From NCBI RefSeq assembly GCF_000181795.1, contig NW_003526943.1:8912849-8976848 (forward strand): 64,000 nt of DNA. The letters run 5' to 3'. The notes beneath the pieces are model-generated. The model made no database searches and had not been told where the DNA came from. It saw nothing but the letters and a program-made list of their open reading frames with translations. The position numbers and the translations under genes are program-made. The stretch comes from Trichinella spiralis. Lineage: Eukaryota. Below are positions 1-16,162 of this stretch, piece by piece (position 1 is the stretch's first letter; each line of letters starts with the position of its first letter).

Positions 1-203
1 GAAGCACGGCATTATAAAGCCGCTTCGTCTATGATATTAGTACTCAAGCAACAACATTTGATTGCAGTTTGAACTGCCTGGACTACCGGAAGTGCAGTGT
101 TGTCTTTCGCAAGGATTCACCACACATGAAAGTGAACTCCTAGAAGCACGGCATTGTAAAGCTGCTTCAGCTATAATATTAGTACTCAAGCAACAATATT
201 TGA
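1..203. repeat. Diverged direct repeat, 142-bp spacing (1-61 repeated at 143-203); may continue left of the window
   Basis: gaagcacggcattataaagccgcttcgtctatgatattagtactcaagcaacaacatttga vs gaagcacggcattgtaaagctgcttcagctataatattagtactcaagcaacaatatttga. Confidence 0.85.
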
Positions 204-774
204 CTAGTCGTAGCGTATATATTTATTCGTTATTATTGTGCATCGATTTTTTCGTTCTTATTGTATTGTATATCTTTTCACCAAATTTGTTTCTTGTTGT
301 AAAATAAAACTTTATATATTATATTTGTTCAGTTGTGAAGGTCGTTTTAGGAATAGCAGAAAAGTGTGTGCCCAAAATATTGTTTTGTGAGCAGGGAAAA
401 TTTAAAGATATAAAGGCATCACTTATAATAATAAAATAATGTTATGTAATCAATGAAGTGTGAAAAATTAAGTATTTTAAAGCATTTCTTAGTGCATCGT
501 TTTGAAAAGAAAATATTCCTTCACTTTAACAACAAAGGAATTAATATCACTGTGCTTAAGTAAAAGGTGTATGTCAATCATCTTTCTTCATTTTATGCTT
601 GAAAATGCACATGTTAAAACAGTAAAATTTAAGAATTGAAACATGAAGCTTAAAAATATTTAGTTCGGAAATGCTATAAATAATCTTTGTTAATAACGTA
701 AAAATAAGTTGTGAAGGAGCATTTTACTGTTAGATGAAAATTTAATAGTTACACCTTAAAAGCCTGTCTCCCAA

Positions 775-1170
775 AGTTACGGTTAAGCGGTTAACAGTTG
801 ACCTGGAGGAGCCAAATGGCCGTGACGCCGTGGACTAATTGAAGATCAGGGATACGAAGCCTGGCAGCTTACTGGAAGCAGATGATATTTAGAGCAGCGC
901 CTCATATAGCAAACGCCCTCCCCCCCGCGACGAACGAGCTGTTCATTGGCTGTTCGAGTTAGCCACCCGCTGGGCCGCTAACACCGGGGCTGTAAATATA
1001 GAGCCACGAAGAGCGCAACCGCAACACAGTAGTAGTGCACGGTAGAAGCACAGCGCAAGAGAAGCGAGATCGAATCCGAGAAAACTGAACCCAAGCCCTA
1101 GTTGACGATCCCAGAGACCAGCGTACACCGTGTTCACAAAACCATACAGTCCACTGACGAATTCCTGACA
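775..1170. mobile_element. Probable solo LTR
   Basis: About 400-bp GC-balanced block in AT-rich flanks; ends (a)gttacgg ... cctgaca, i.e. TG..CA with one damaged terminal base; no clean TSD. Confidence 0.4.
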
Positions 1171-1800
1171 GCCGAACGTCTGTCATTTGTACCTGATTAT
1201 CATTTACAGTCGGCTGTAGCTTGTTGTTACAACTAATTCAGGGATTTAAATAATTGAAAAAGACGATTAAGTACTCAGAAAACGGTGGTAAGAAGTCATA
1301 AATGTCACATATTGCATGAACTGCAGAAAAAGATATGCCACCGCAGAACGAACTACCAACCGATCGGTAGAAGGAATTCCTATAGCACCTGATTATCAGA
1401 AACATAACGGTAGATGGCGGCCGTGGCGAGCGACGTGGTTGACGTCAGGGGTGTTTGTGCTCATTTGTTTGTCGCTCGTGGTATGCTAAATCACTGTGAT
1501 TGTTGGCAGCACGATCTAATAAATGCCACAATCCACTTTTCCGTTGTTTTCTTCTTTTATGCCGAATGTTTTCGTCATAAGATCACTAGAGATTGCAATG
1601 ACCGACGTGATAGTACTGAAACGGAGTCCGATGCGCCAGCACGTTACGTCTTTGAAATGAAGTAAGTGCTTCTTCGATTTGTGTTGTTCCCAGCTATCGA
1701 CGTTTACGATAAAGAATGCAAGATCTTGGTTGTCCAGACCTGAAGAATTTCTCGTGCTTCAAAGTATTCCGAACTAACAGTGATTCGTCATCTGCCGCTA

Positions 1801-2113
1801 NNNNNNNNNNNNNNNNNNNNNNNNNNNNNNNNNNNNNNNNNNNNNNNNNNNNNNNNNNNNNNNNNNNNNNNNNNNNNNNNNNNNNNNNNNNNNNNNNNNN
1901 NNNNNNNNNNNNNNNNNNNNNNNNNNNNNNNNNNNNNNNNNNNNNNNNNNNNNNNNNNNNNNNNNNNNNNNNNNNNNNNNNNNNNNNNNNNNNNNNNNNN
2001 NNNNNNNNNNNNNNNNNNNNNNNNNNNNNNNNNNNNNNNNNNNNNNNNNNNNNNNNNNNNNNNNNNNNNNNNNNNNNNNNNNNNNNNNNNNNNNNNNNNN
2101 NNNNNNNNNNNNN
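1801..2113. other. Assembly gap (N run)
   Basis: Continuous Ns; ORFs spanning it are artefacts. Confidence 1.
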
Positions 2114-3086
2114 ACAAAGGATGGATAAGGATAAAAAATTATTTTTGGAAAGGATGATCATGACAGTATCATTAGCTTCGCCACAAATCATATCTGTACA
2201 TAAACAGAATCTCAATGTAAGACGCATTTTCAAACAATCAATAAAGCTCATGAATAATATGCACATTGCTTATGTTACGTCACTACTATTAAAGTTACGT
2301 AATCTAAAATGAAATATTTGAACGAATGAAATGAAAAAATATTACAGCTAATCACAACGGAAAGATTTGAATCAATGAGCAATCAGACAAGGAAAACCAT
2401 TACGACAAAGATTTGACGGTCCAATAAAATAGCGTGGTCAACGACCAATAAGTGAACAGTGGGACCAAAGAAGGACATCCCTAATTTAAGAATATTGATT
2501 AATTATTTTGTGGTTAATGTGAAATTTGTCTTCTTCATCTTCTTCGCTCATATTTATATTTGCGATGGTGGCTTGACTGCGCTCCTGATCGCCGTGGAGC
2601 GATTATGTATTAATTGTGGATGTGGAGTTAATTTGGCTGTTGTTGGTCCATGCGACTTGTTGGTTCTTCTTATCTAAGTAGCCTGAAAATCAGTCACCGC
2701 ACTGAAGTCACGTTCAACTAAGTAGGAAGATGGGAAGGCGAGTTGGACTTTTCTTACCATTCTTCCTCTATAAACCGGGATAGAGATCTGCATCTTGATG
2801 CTCCCACTAGAAAGAATGATATTTGTTCTTTACCCTTTCATACCGGAATAGAATGACTGCGCGGAAATTTCTTTTTATTTGTTTTTTGCAATATTATACT
2901 TCAAGGAACTTGTGGGGAGAAGAAAAAGTTCTCATCATAACACGTCGAGCAATGAAAGCAATGTTTATTCAGTATGGTATATGGTGAAACAGTTTCTTTT
3001 CTGATGAAGGCAGAGAAAAACGCCACATTTTCTACAATTAACTTGTGTAATGTTCTTACACAAGATCTCTACTAGTTATCTTTGCT

Positions 3087-4157
3087 TTGCATTGCTCTTT
3101 GGGATACGTCATTGCGGCAATAAATAAAATCAGAAGCATTCCTTTAAATGACAGATTATTCAGCCAGTGGGGCGAACAAAATGACGAAGAATTCAATCGC
3201 TTGCTGATGCACACTGGAATCCGGTGGTTATCGAAAGGTGCTTGTTTAAGTCGCTTTTATGAGCTTTTTGACACCATTTTGAAATTCTTTCAAAACAAAG
3301 ACCCTTCACTGAGAGACAGCTTGAAGAAGTGGAAAAGTGACATAGCATATATGGCTGATTTATTTTCCAAGTTTAATGAACTTAATCTACAACTGCAAGG
3401 AAGCGAACTTAATCTAATAAAGACAAGATCTGTCATTTCATCCTTCACATCAAAGCTGGCTTTGTTCAAACACAACCTTCAGCGTGGAGAATTTTATCAA
3501 TTTCCAAGCGTGCTGCACTCAGGGAAAATGAAGAAGTACACGATGATGACATTCAAATCTACTGTGATCATTTAGATGTGCTACAAAAGGACATGCAAGA
3601 AAGATTTCAAGATATTCTCAAAATGAAGATTCCAAATTGGGTGATAGACCCATTTTCAAACACTGATGAGATCGAAATGGAATTAGAAAAGGAATTAATT
3701 GATTTACAAACCAATGAAGAGTTAAAGCCGAAGTTTAAGAACGGATATCATTCTTTCTAGTTGCAAAAACAAATATCTGACCTCTATCCCAGATTATGGA
3801 GAATGGTAAGAAAGTTCCTACTCGCCTTCCCATCTTCCTAATTAGTTGAACGTGGTTTCAGTGTGGAAACTGATTTTCTAACCAAGAAAAGAAACCAACT
3901 GCAAATCGCCAAACGTGGTGATTTACGACTGTTCCTAACCAACATTGAACCCAATGTAGACAGATTAGTCGCAATGCACCAACCCCATCCATCACATCAA
4001 TTATTTTCCCACTATATGATTATTTTTGAAAGAACACTCGATTTGAAGAAATAGTCTGTTTAAAAATTCATTATTTTTTGACAATAATTTAGGTGGGCGT
4101 TTGAAAAACATATGTCTCTCAAGGGGGCGATAGCCTGAAAAAGTTTGAGAAACACTG
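3087..4157 (+). mobile_element. 3' part of a hAT (Buster/Charlie-type) DNA transposon with a decayed transposase
   Basis: Motifs LLMHTGIRWLSKGACL, DIAYMADLFSKFNELNLQLQG, FPSS*LVERGFS and RGDLRL, broken by frameshifts and stops; right TIR agtttgagaaacactg (4142-4157, reverse complement CAGTGTTTCTCAAACT) followed by ttcTAgat, the NNNTANNN target typical of Buster elements; left TIR not found. Confidence 0.9.
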
Positions 4158-5128
4158 TTCTAGATCTTCCCTTCAGTGCACCGCTGCATTGAATTGATCC
4201 CAGAAAGCCTTGAATTGGAAAATATCAACATCAAAAATTGGCAACTTTGGGATTGGCCGAGTGTACTGAGTTCGTTGTTGTTCACCGGGGGCGGGAGAGT
4301 CGTGCTCGAAGATGGCACATGAGACGACGCGAACAGCTCGTCAGCTTGTTGCTACACTTGCAGGATTTTCGCCGCAAGTTCACTGTATTCAAAGAGAATT
4401 TTCACCTTTTCTTCCTCAGGAATGTGGTTGAGTTTTATTTGGCGCGATTCAAAAAAGTCTTGTTTTGTTAGTTCCAGCGTTCTGGACACTTCTCTGATGG
4501 CATCCATGTCGACTGCTCGGGTGACGAGGTCTTGTAACCGCGCCAATCCATGTTCTAAAGCCATCTTTTCGAGGTGGAACATGGAGGACGAGATCTCTTC
4601 GTGGTTCGTCATGTTTTCTGAGTCGCTGGATGTGGATGTTTGAGCACTTGGTGTATCCATAGGTCGCTGGTTCGACTCCGGCTCAGAGGACCAAAATGTT
4701 AAGAAATCTTTTGTTCAAACTTGAGGATCCCTTTTGTAAGTGGACTGTATGTTTTTATTTATAACGATGCAAAACAATGAATGTTGTTTTATTCAACTGT
4801 GTTATGATGGGCCGTTTTGGGATGACGCAAGATTGCGTCATGGCGACGTCGCCGGAGTGCTACAACTTGAGCGTCGGCTATCTACCGTAGGAGGAAGAGT
4901 TGGGGTGCGCGGGACCCCTGATTTTTGGTGTGTGCGATCGGACGGCTCTGTATTGTGTGCGTGTGTGTTTTATTCTGTTGATAGCGTTATTGTTTGCGAA
5001 TATTAGTTTTGAACGAATAAAACGTTTCCCGGAAAATCGGCCCTGAACTTTGATTTTGTTCTCGCCAAGCATTAAAATTTATCACATCAACTTAATTTTA
5101 AGTTGAATCAAGAACGGGGAATAATACA
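4158..5128 (-). mobile_element. 5' end of a BEL/Pao LTR retrotransposon (LTR 4697-5128, tRNA-Tyr PBS, decayed gag)
   Basis: TG..CA-bounded LTR with minus-strand AATAAA; PBS TGGTCCTCTGAGCCGG three bases after the LTR; gag from ATG 4660 with a stop and frameshift, then PKLPIFDVDIFQFKAFWDQFNAAVH, the DUF1759-type motif of BEL/Pao gag; outer LTR boundary approximate. Confidence 0.85.
4655..4693 (-). promoter_or_regulatory. Primer-binding site complementary to the 3' 39 nt of mature tRNA-Tyr
   Basis: Plus strand reads ATCCAT-AGGTC-GCTGG-TTCGACT-CCGGC-TCAGAGG-A-CCA: anticodon 3' stem, variable loop, T arm, acceptor strand and CCA. Confidence 0.85.
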
Positions 5129-6576
5129 ATAGCTGAATAGGAGTTGGAAACGTTTGGAAGGCTAACTTTCTTGCTTCTCTTCTCTCCTCCCTCCTCACTC
5201 TTATTTATACATGTTAGTTGACCTGATTCCGCGTTTTATGGCTCAAATTTTCGAGGAAAAATCCAATTAAAATGGGTTGTTGTTTGTGCAACCGTTTAAT
5301 CTATGTGGCTCCGGTGATTGGAACAGCCGCGCTGTCAGTAACTGAGCTCTGAGGTTGTGATAGGTATGCAGCATGGACGCTGACCCTTTGACCGTTTTAT
5401 TGCCATTTCATTGTCCACCGTCAAGAAAAAACAAGGGTGTTAGCTTACATTGCGTCACCGTTGTTTTGTTGCGGTAAACAATATTTTGATCATAGGGAAT
5501 TAAAAATTGATAAGCAGGTATAGAGAAAAAATTTCTCAACAGTAAACAATAATGTAAAAAAAATTTTTTTAATGGGTTTTATCCACAGTTCATTAACTTT
5601 CAGTCTGTTAAAGCATTTAAACATTTAAGATTAGTAATTTGTGTGTGGTTCATCAAAGTCACATTTCATAACGTTTTCTTATTGGCTACCTGGTTGGGAT
5701 TGTTAAGCACAATCAATCGGGGCAGGGACTTAAGAGTACAGCAACAGTGTTCAATGAGATAACGCTGTCAGTGACCAATGAGATAGCATCGTCAACTATC
5801 AATAAGAAAACGCGGTGAAAATTATGTCCTTTGTGGACAATCCTCAGTCAGTTGGTTATTAGCTTCCTGCGATTTACATATGTTGCTTGCCAGCTTTAAT
5901 AAGTAAAATCAGGTACAAACATGATTAAGCTGAACGATGGCAATATTTAAATTAAGCTTACACTTTCATGATTGTCTGTACGCTTTAAGGTTGCACGCGA
6001 TTGATCAGCAGTTGTCTAATGTGAAAAATGAACAAAAAATATTTTACGGTCTTTTGCAACATTTTGTTTTAATTTCTCATTTTATCCACAATGAAAATCA
6101 ACTTGTGATATTTCTTGTGGCGTCAATGCCTTTTGTTCATACTAACAAAAGAAAATTAATCACACACAAATGCTGACATCAAAGAATGCGATGTTCACTG
6201 CCCCGTGAAATGAAGAAGCTTCAACAGCTTTTCTGCTCGCTGTCGTTCATTTCTTTCTTTCTGTTGGCATCAACATCCGGAGGGCTTTTATCTTATATTG
6301 CTTTTATCTCGCCGATCGCATAAATAGTGTTCAAAAGAATATTAACCAACGGATGCTTTGCTGATCAGATAAATTACATTTTACTTAGCAATTATATGAG
6401 ATTTATGCATGAGATGCTTTTCCATTTGTCAGCAATTATTCTAATGAGTAGCTAAAGGCGATTTTAATACAATGGATAAATCAACAAATGACAAATCGTC
6501 CAAAGCTGCAGTTGTCAGCTAAAACTAGAGTTGCATCTGCTAATTTATTAGCATCGAAATACTTTTCTGATTTTAC

Positions 6577-6822
6577 CTGCCTGTTCTCTGAAAATGTTTC
6601 TGGTTTGCAAAACAATTTAATCTTTCCAATGTTTCTTTTGCTCCTGTTCACCAGAATTGTTGTTTTCCTATCCATGTTTTAAATAAAACAGCTTCACGCT
6701 TTTCTGAAAATGTTTCATGTTTGGAATAGAATTTTTTATCTTTCATCTTTCCAAGGTTTCTTTTCAGCAGAATGTTTCACCAGAATTATTGCTTCTCTTC
6801 TTATGTTTTATTTAAATAAAAA
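6577..6822. repeat. Diverged tandem duplication, unit about 115-125 bp
   Basis: tctgaaaatgtttc ... tctttccaa.gtttctttt ... ttcaccagaatt ... atgtttt ... aaataaaa occurs twice in succession. Confidence 0.75.
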
Positions 6823-7119
6823 AATCTGCAATTTTATTTACAAATAAATACATGCGGTTTTAATTTTTGTGTAAATTGTATTAAATTTATTTTTCAGTAA
6901 ACTACTGGATAAGTACAGTAAACAAAGTTGTGTTACAATTATGACCAAATGTTGAGGATTCTAAATCAGATAAGATCGTTTGTTATATTGCTGATCTGTT
7001 GCATTAATTTTACGAAGTTTACATCCAATCTAAACGTATTCAATAACCCAAAGTTTACATTCAGTCTAGATGACAAGTTCGAACAGGCAACAAATTCAGC
7101 TGAAAACTGCGGGAGCGTA

Positions 7120-7330
7120 TTTTTTGGAAAAATGTTGATGAACATCAATCATCCAATCAATGATTAAATCAGAGTAACAAATCAAATAGCACAAGGTATT
7201 TGTCCAATCACTTTTCAGAATAATTAGCTAATAAAACAGCACAAGTCATTAACCAATTACCGTTCAATCGAGTGGAACCTATTAGTGAACAGTGAACAAA
7301 AAAAGAAGTGGGGTTGGGAGAAATAGGTCG
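7120..7330 (+). repeat. Dispersed CCAAT-rich repeat; other copies at about 39165-39360 and, more diverged, 30290-30430
   Basis: tttggaaaaatgttgatgaacatcaatcatccaatcaatgattaaa...aaatcaaatagcacaag...ttagctaataaaacagcacaagtc aligns with atttggaaaatcgttgataaacaacaatcctccaatcaataattaaa...aaatcaaatggcacaag...ttagctaataaagcagcagaagtc. Confidence 0.8.
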
Positions 7331-7602
7331 CAGATGAGTTCTTACTAGCCCTTCAAATTCATCTCAGCCCTTACAATGCCTCTTTAAAAATTCTCTTTAA
7401 GAAAATTTTACAAATTACGAAAATTTGTGTCACTACTACAAATTTGATACAGAAACTTTTTAATCAGTAGCTGTTATCATGAATAAGGCCGTAACGTAAT
7501 AATACGGTTTTGCAATAAAAGGGAACTGAGTAATAATGATGGAATAAAAATAAAAATAATACAAATTTCTAACACACGTCTGCTGCATGGAATAGCATCT
7601 GT

Positions 7603-8523
7603 TTACATTACTGCATGTCCTCGATATGTAACTGCCACTTGGAATAACCAGCCAATTAACAACAAGGAGGAGATTTTAGTTTCATTGTGAAGGCCAAAAA
7701 AAATTGATTCAGAAATAGAAACAACCAACTTCGCTGCATAATTCATAATAAGCACCATTGCCGGTCTATCTGCAGCGATGCTGATAAATGCAGCAGTGTA
7801 GATTGTACCAAATGTTATAGATAAAGTGAACATGACGGTGAAAACGGTACCATGTTGGAAGAGAAAAAATGAAAACAAGGCGCGAAAGTGTTCAAAAAAA
7901 TACAAATCAAATATGCAACTGCACAACAAAGTATATATGCAAATTTTGCATACAACACCACAACGAACACTGATTAAATTACAAACATCTTTCGGCAACC
8001 AGTGCAGAGTTGAGCAGAAACTAACAGTTGCCAATGAGCGTAAAAGAAATGAAGGAACAAAAAAGTATGCAACCGCAGCAGAATCAATAAAGATTACAAA
8101 AATAACAGTTACAATTATTATTGCAAACAAGTAGAGTAATTTTCTTTTCATTACATTATCATTTGATATGAAGATTCGAAAAATGAAATACGAAATCAAA
8201 TCCAAGTAACCGTCAAAAACAGTTGAAAGATGTGAATCTTCCATTGCATGCATTTCCACATAACGAGAAATGAGAAATGCAACTGCTGAAAAAATTAAAT
8301 GACGATTTTTGGAACCGTCAAATATCTGCATTTCTGATTCGTCATTTCTGAGTTTTAATTGGAATAATTCAGCAATCAAAGCGACAAAATAAACTTGAAC
8401 AGTTACCAATGTATAAGAAAAATCGTAAAATAGCACCGTTATTATTACTACATTGAAAATGCGATCCAACAACGCACAGAACGCGAATGCTATGAGGCAT
8501 ATCTTGTTTAAGTGAAATTCCAT
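7603..8523 (-). CDS. Intronless 306-aa multi-pass membrane protein, possibly a divergent SLC35/DMT-like transporter
   Basis: 921-bp ATG-to-stop ORF in very AT-rich DNA, with roughly 9-10 hydrophobic segments and short loops; family assignment rests only on size and topology. Confidence 0.6.
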   Translation of the reverse strand: MEFHLNKICLIAFAFCALLDRIFNVVIITVLFYDFSYTLVTVQVYFVALIAELFQLKLRNDESEMQIFDGSKNRHLIFSAVAFLISRYVEMHAMEDSHLSTVFDGYLDLISYFIFRIFISNDNVMKRKLLYLFAIIIVTVIFVIFIDSAAVAYFFVPSFLLRSLATVSFCSTLHWLPKDVCNLISVRCGVVCKICIYTLLCSCIFDLYFFEHFRALFSFFLFQHGTVFTVMFTLSITFGTIYTAAFISIAADRPAMVLIMNYAAKLVVSISESIFFGLHNETKISSLLLIGWLFQVAVTYRGHAVM

Positions 8524-9350
8524 TTGAAAAATAATTTTTGCAAATCTAATACCAGTAATGAAAAATAAGAGATGACATGCAATACTGTAGAAACGTTTAA
8601 GTGAACAAAGTAACTAATCATACAAGCAAAGATGCAAAATCATTTTGGCTTCTCGTTATTAATATCTATAATAATGCTTGCTTTTTATTTATTATTCGAA
8701 TGAGTACTCAATTTTTCATGAATTACTTTTTGTATGTTAAAATGAATTTTTAACGACTATGCTCAAATTATATCTTTGAAACTGCGGTCACACCAAACGC
8801 GCAAAAACACAAACCACTTTATTTTTATAAGTTTTATACAGATGAGAGATCTATGTAACAATGATCTGATATTCTATAAATTATAACTCTGAATTTCCTG
8901 AATGATAATTATGATTTTTAAACTTATAAATCAATAACTGTTTATTCCACATATGCCATACAAGACCACTGAAATTAGCATTTTAACTAAAATATAAAAT
9001 TCAAATTTGTTAAAAACGTTCATTTTCCACTTCATGCTTAATTTTTTTAATTGCAAAATTTTCAATTTAAATATATTTAAAAAAACGTAAAATACAATTG
9101 TGCAAAAAATAAAACAGTTTTCTTGAAATAATGCTATTTTTTACATAATTAAGACTGATTTGCGCATAAATTACAAAATACGAACTTGATTTTCATATTT
9201 GAAAGTGTAAGGATGTCGTTACTAATATTTGTTTAAAATTCAGTCAAAATCTAGCAATGAATAATATGTAAGCATAATTTGTGAAAATGAATTTATTGTT
9301 CATAATATTTAAGCTCGTATTTAGAGCATATGTTGTCAATCAACTACGTT

Positions 9351-9660
9351 TGTAACGAGCGGAACTACAGGTCACTCGTTCGTGATCTTACTGGACTGTA
9401 TTTGAGTTTGTTATTGCAAGGCGGGAGAGTCTAATGCGTTCGACAATCCGACTTGCGTCACGATAACTGCTAATCAAAACTCGATCGAGTGTCGACACAG
9501 TTTATTCACAAACGAATAATAATGAGCCAGAGATAATAAGACCATGAATGACTCAACAGAACACACACAATTAAAAACACACCGAAGACAATCTTCAAAT
9601 AACGACAACCCTCAATACAGGCAAACCAGCTCTCCACCTCCTTCACCACCGTACGCTACC
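9351..9660 (-). mobile_element. Probable solo LTR, related to 44781-45074
   Basis: Begins tgtaacgagc...ctcgttcgt...ggact and ends ccgtacgctac, as does the 44781 copy; no clear TSD. Confidence 0.5.
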
Positions 9661-11394
9661 GTATTCAATCCCGACACGCAGGTTCTTAACGTCGAGACAG
9701 TATCCGCATTTAAGACATTTACAACGTTAACAATGGTATTAAAGCATGAAAATCTTCTGTTCTTATATAACTTATTGAATAAAAAATTTTTTATTTTAAA
9801 AAATCTAATAATAAGCATTTTAGATGTTTAAGATAATGTTTTGAAATAGGTTTCTATGTATTTCACAGTTTACACTTAATTTTTTTTATTGATAATTATC
9901 GTACTGTTGAACGTTATTGCATTTGTTTCCGGATGCCAAGGCGGTGCATTTTTGAATGAAAATTATCTTGTATGTAATACTTTTTAATAATAAATTTAAT
10001 TCTTTATCTTGTTTAGTTAGTTGTTTCATCGATGTTCAATTAATTTGCATTATAACATGCCACTTCTTGCTTTAAGTAGTTTCTTGACAGCTGAATTATT
10101 ATTATATTGTTTTCAATTAGTTTGTTATATGTAATTTTAATCGATTTGTAATATTAATTAACTTGTCATACATTTCAAATGCATTATTTAATACTTTTGA
10201 AGTGTTGAAAGTGCTATAGTAAAATCTAAAATGCTGCCAATTAATTGTTTCCTGGTTAATATAATAAATGGCAGTTTTGTTTGTTAACGTCAGTTTGCTT
10301 TCAGTGTATTTCGATGAATGTCCAAAACTTTAATTTTTATTATTGAAATGCATGATTTTATTTTAAAAGACTGATTTGTTGTACTACGGTAGGATACGTT
10401 ATTTTTTAATTATCTATATTATTATAGTAAAGTCAGATTAATGATGAGAAAACCATTTATTTTAATGTTCAGCTGATAAGTTTATTTGATTAGAATTTCA
10501 TGAGAGTGCTTCTAATAAATGTATTGGCGCTTTTGCGATGTTTACAATTTGACATATTTCAAATGCGTATGTAATGTTGCGTTCAAATTGTTCGTGATAT
10601 ATTTTCCTTCCCGTTAAATGAGAGAAACTTAAGCCTTGAAGTTTATCCTGATTTATTTTACACATTTTGCTGTTATTATTTAGACTTTCTAATGAAGTAC
10701 ATTGAAAAGAAGAAAATATTGAACATTTTCGATGATGCGTACGAAATTGTTATTGTAATTAGTTGTTGTTCTCATTTCATTATTTAGTACATGACATTGT
10801 TAGCTAGCTAACCTGGTTTAAAGTTAGGTTTGAATCAGAAAAAGTATTCAGATATTCAATTAATTTTTACACGAAGAACTGAAACCGGAAATAAAACTTG
10901 CCAATTATTATCGTAAGCAACGCGATATTAAAACGAGGTTTCTACAATTTACAGTGAAAATTTTCATTTCAGTAATGTTTTCATTGCTGGATTTTATGAT
11001 GTTGCCTGTTGTGAATCGGCAGTGTTTGTCTTATTAGCAGTAGTTTGTGATGATTGCTATTGCTAATTGTTAAAAACATCTGTTTCTTTAATGAATAGTA
11101 CTTTTCCAGACAATATGATTCGATTATGAGAAAAAATAAAGAGTATTTTAACCGTAAATGAACGTTAAGAAATGTAATAATATGATGTTAACGGTAACTT
11201 TTAAAAAATATATTTACTGTGAAATGTAATTTAATTTTTTTATATGAATATTTCGAATAATTAATCAGTTGAGTGTTTTTATAAAATTTCAACTTCCACG
11301 TAATTGTCACGTCTTCATTTGATTGGCAGTGTTTTGAAAATTTTATATTAACATTTGTAAAATTATCATAGCCTTGATTTTTTTACTGGAAAAC

Positions 11395-16162
<4,768 letters not shown>

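Noticed and set aside
1700..1800. Possible GIY-YIG/Penelope tail (minus-strand AREILQVW)
   Set aside because: Too short, truncated by the gap and followed by stops; cannot be supported
1694..2312. Long ORFs of 109-198 aa
   Set aside because: They run through the N gap and are artefacts
4655..4693. tRNA-Tyr gene
   Set aside because: Only the 3' half is present, CCA is encoded and it abuts an LTR, so it is a PBS
5751..5823. CRISPR-like array
   Set aside because: Contiguous degenerate 24-bp units with no unique spacers, eukaryotic context, no cas genes
9544..9831. 95-aa ORF as an upstream cul-1 exon
   Set aside because: Starts within a probable solo LTR and runs into AT-rich sequence; cul-1 homology begins at 11395
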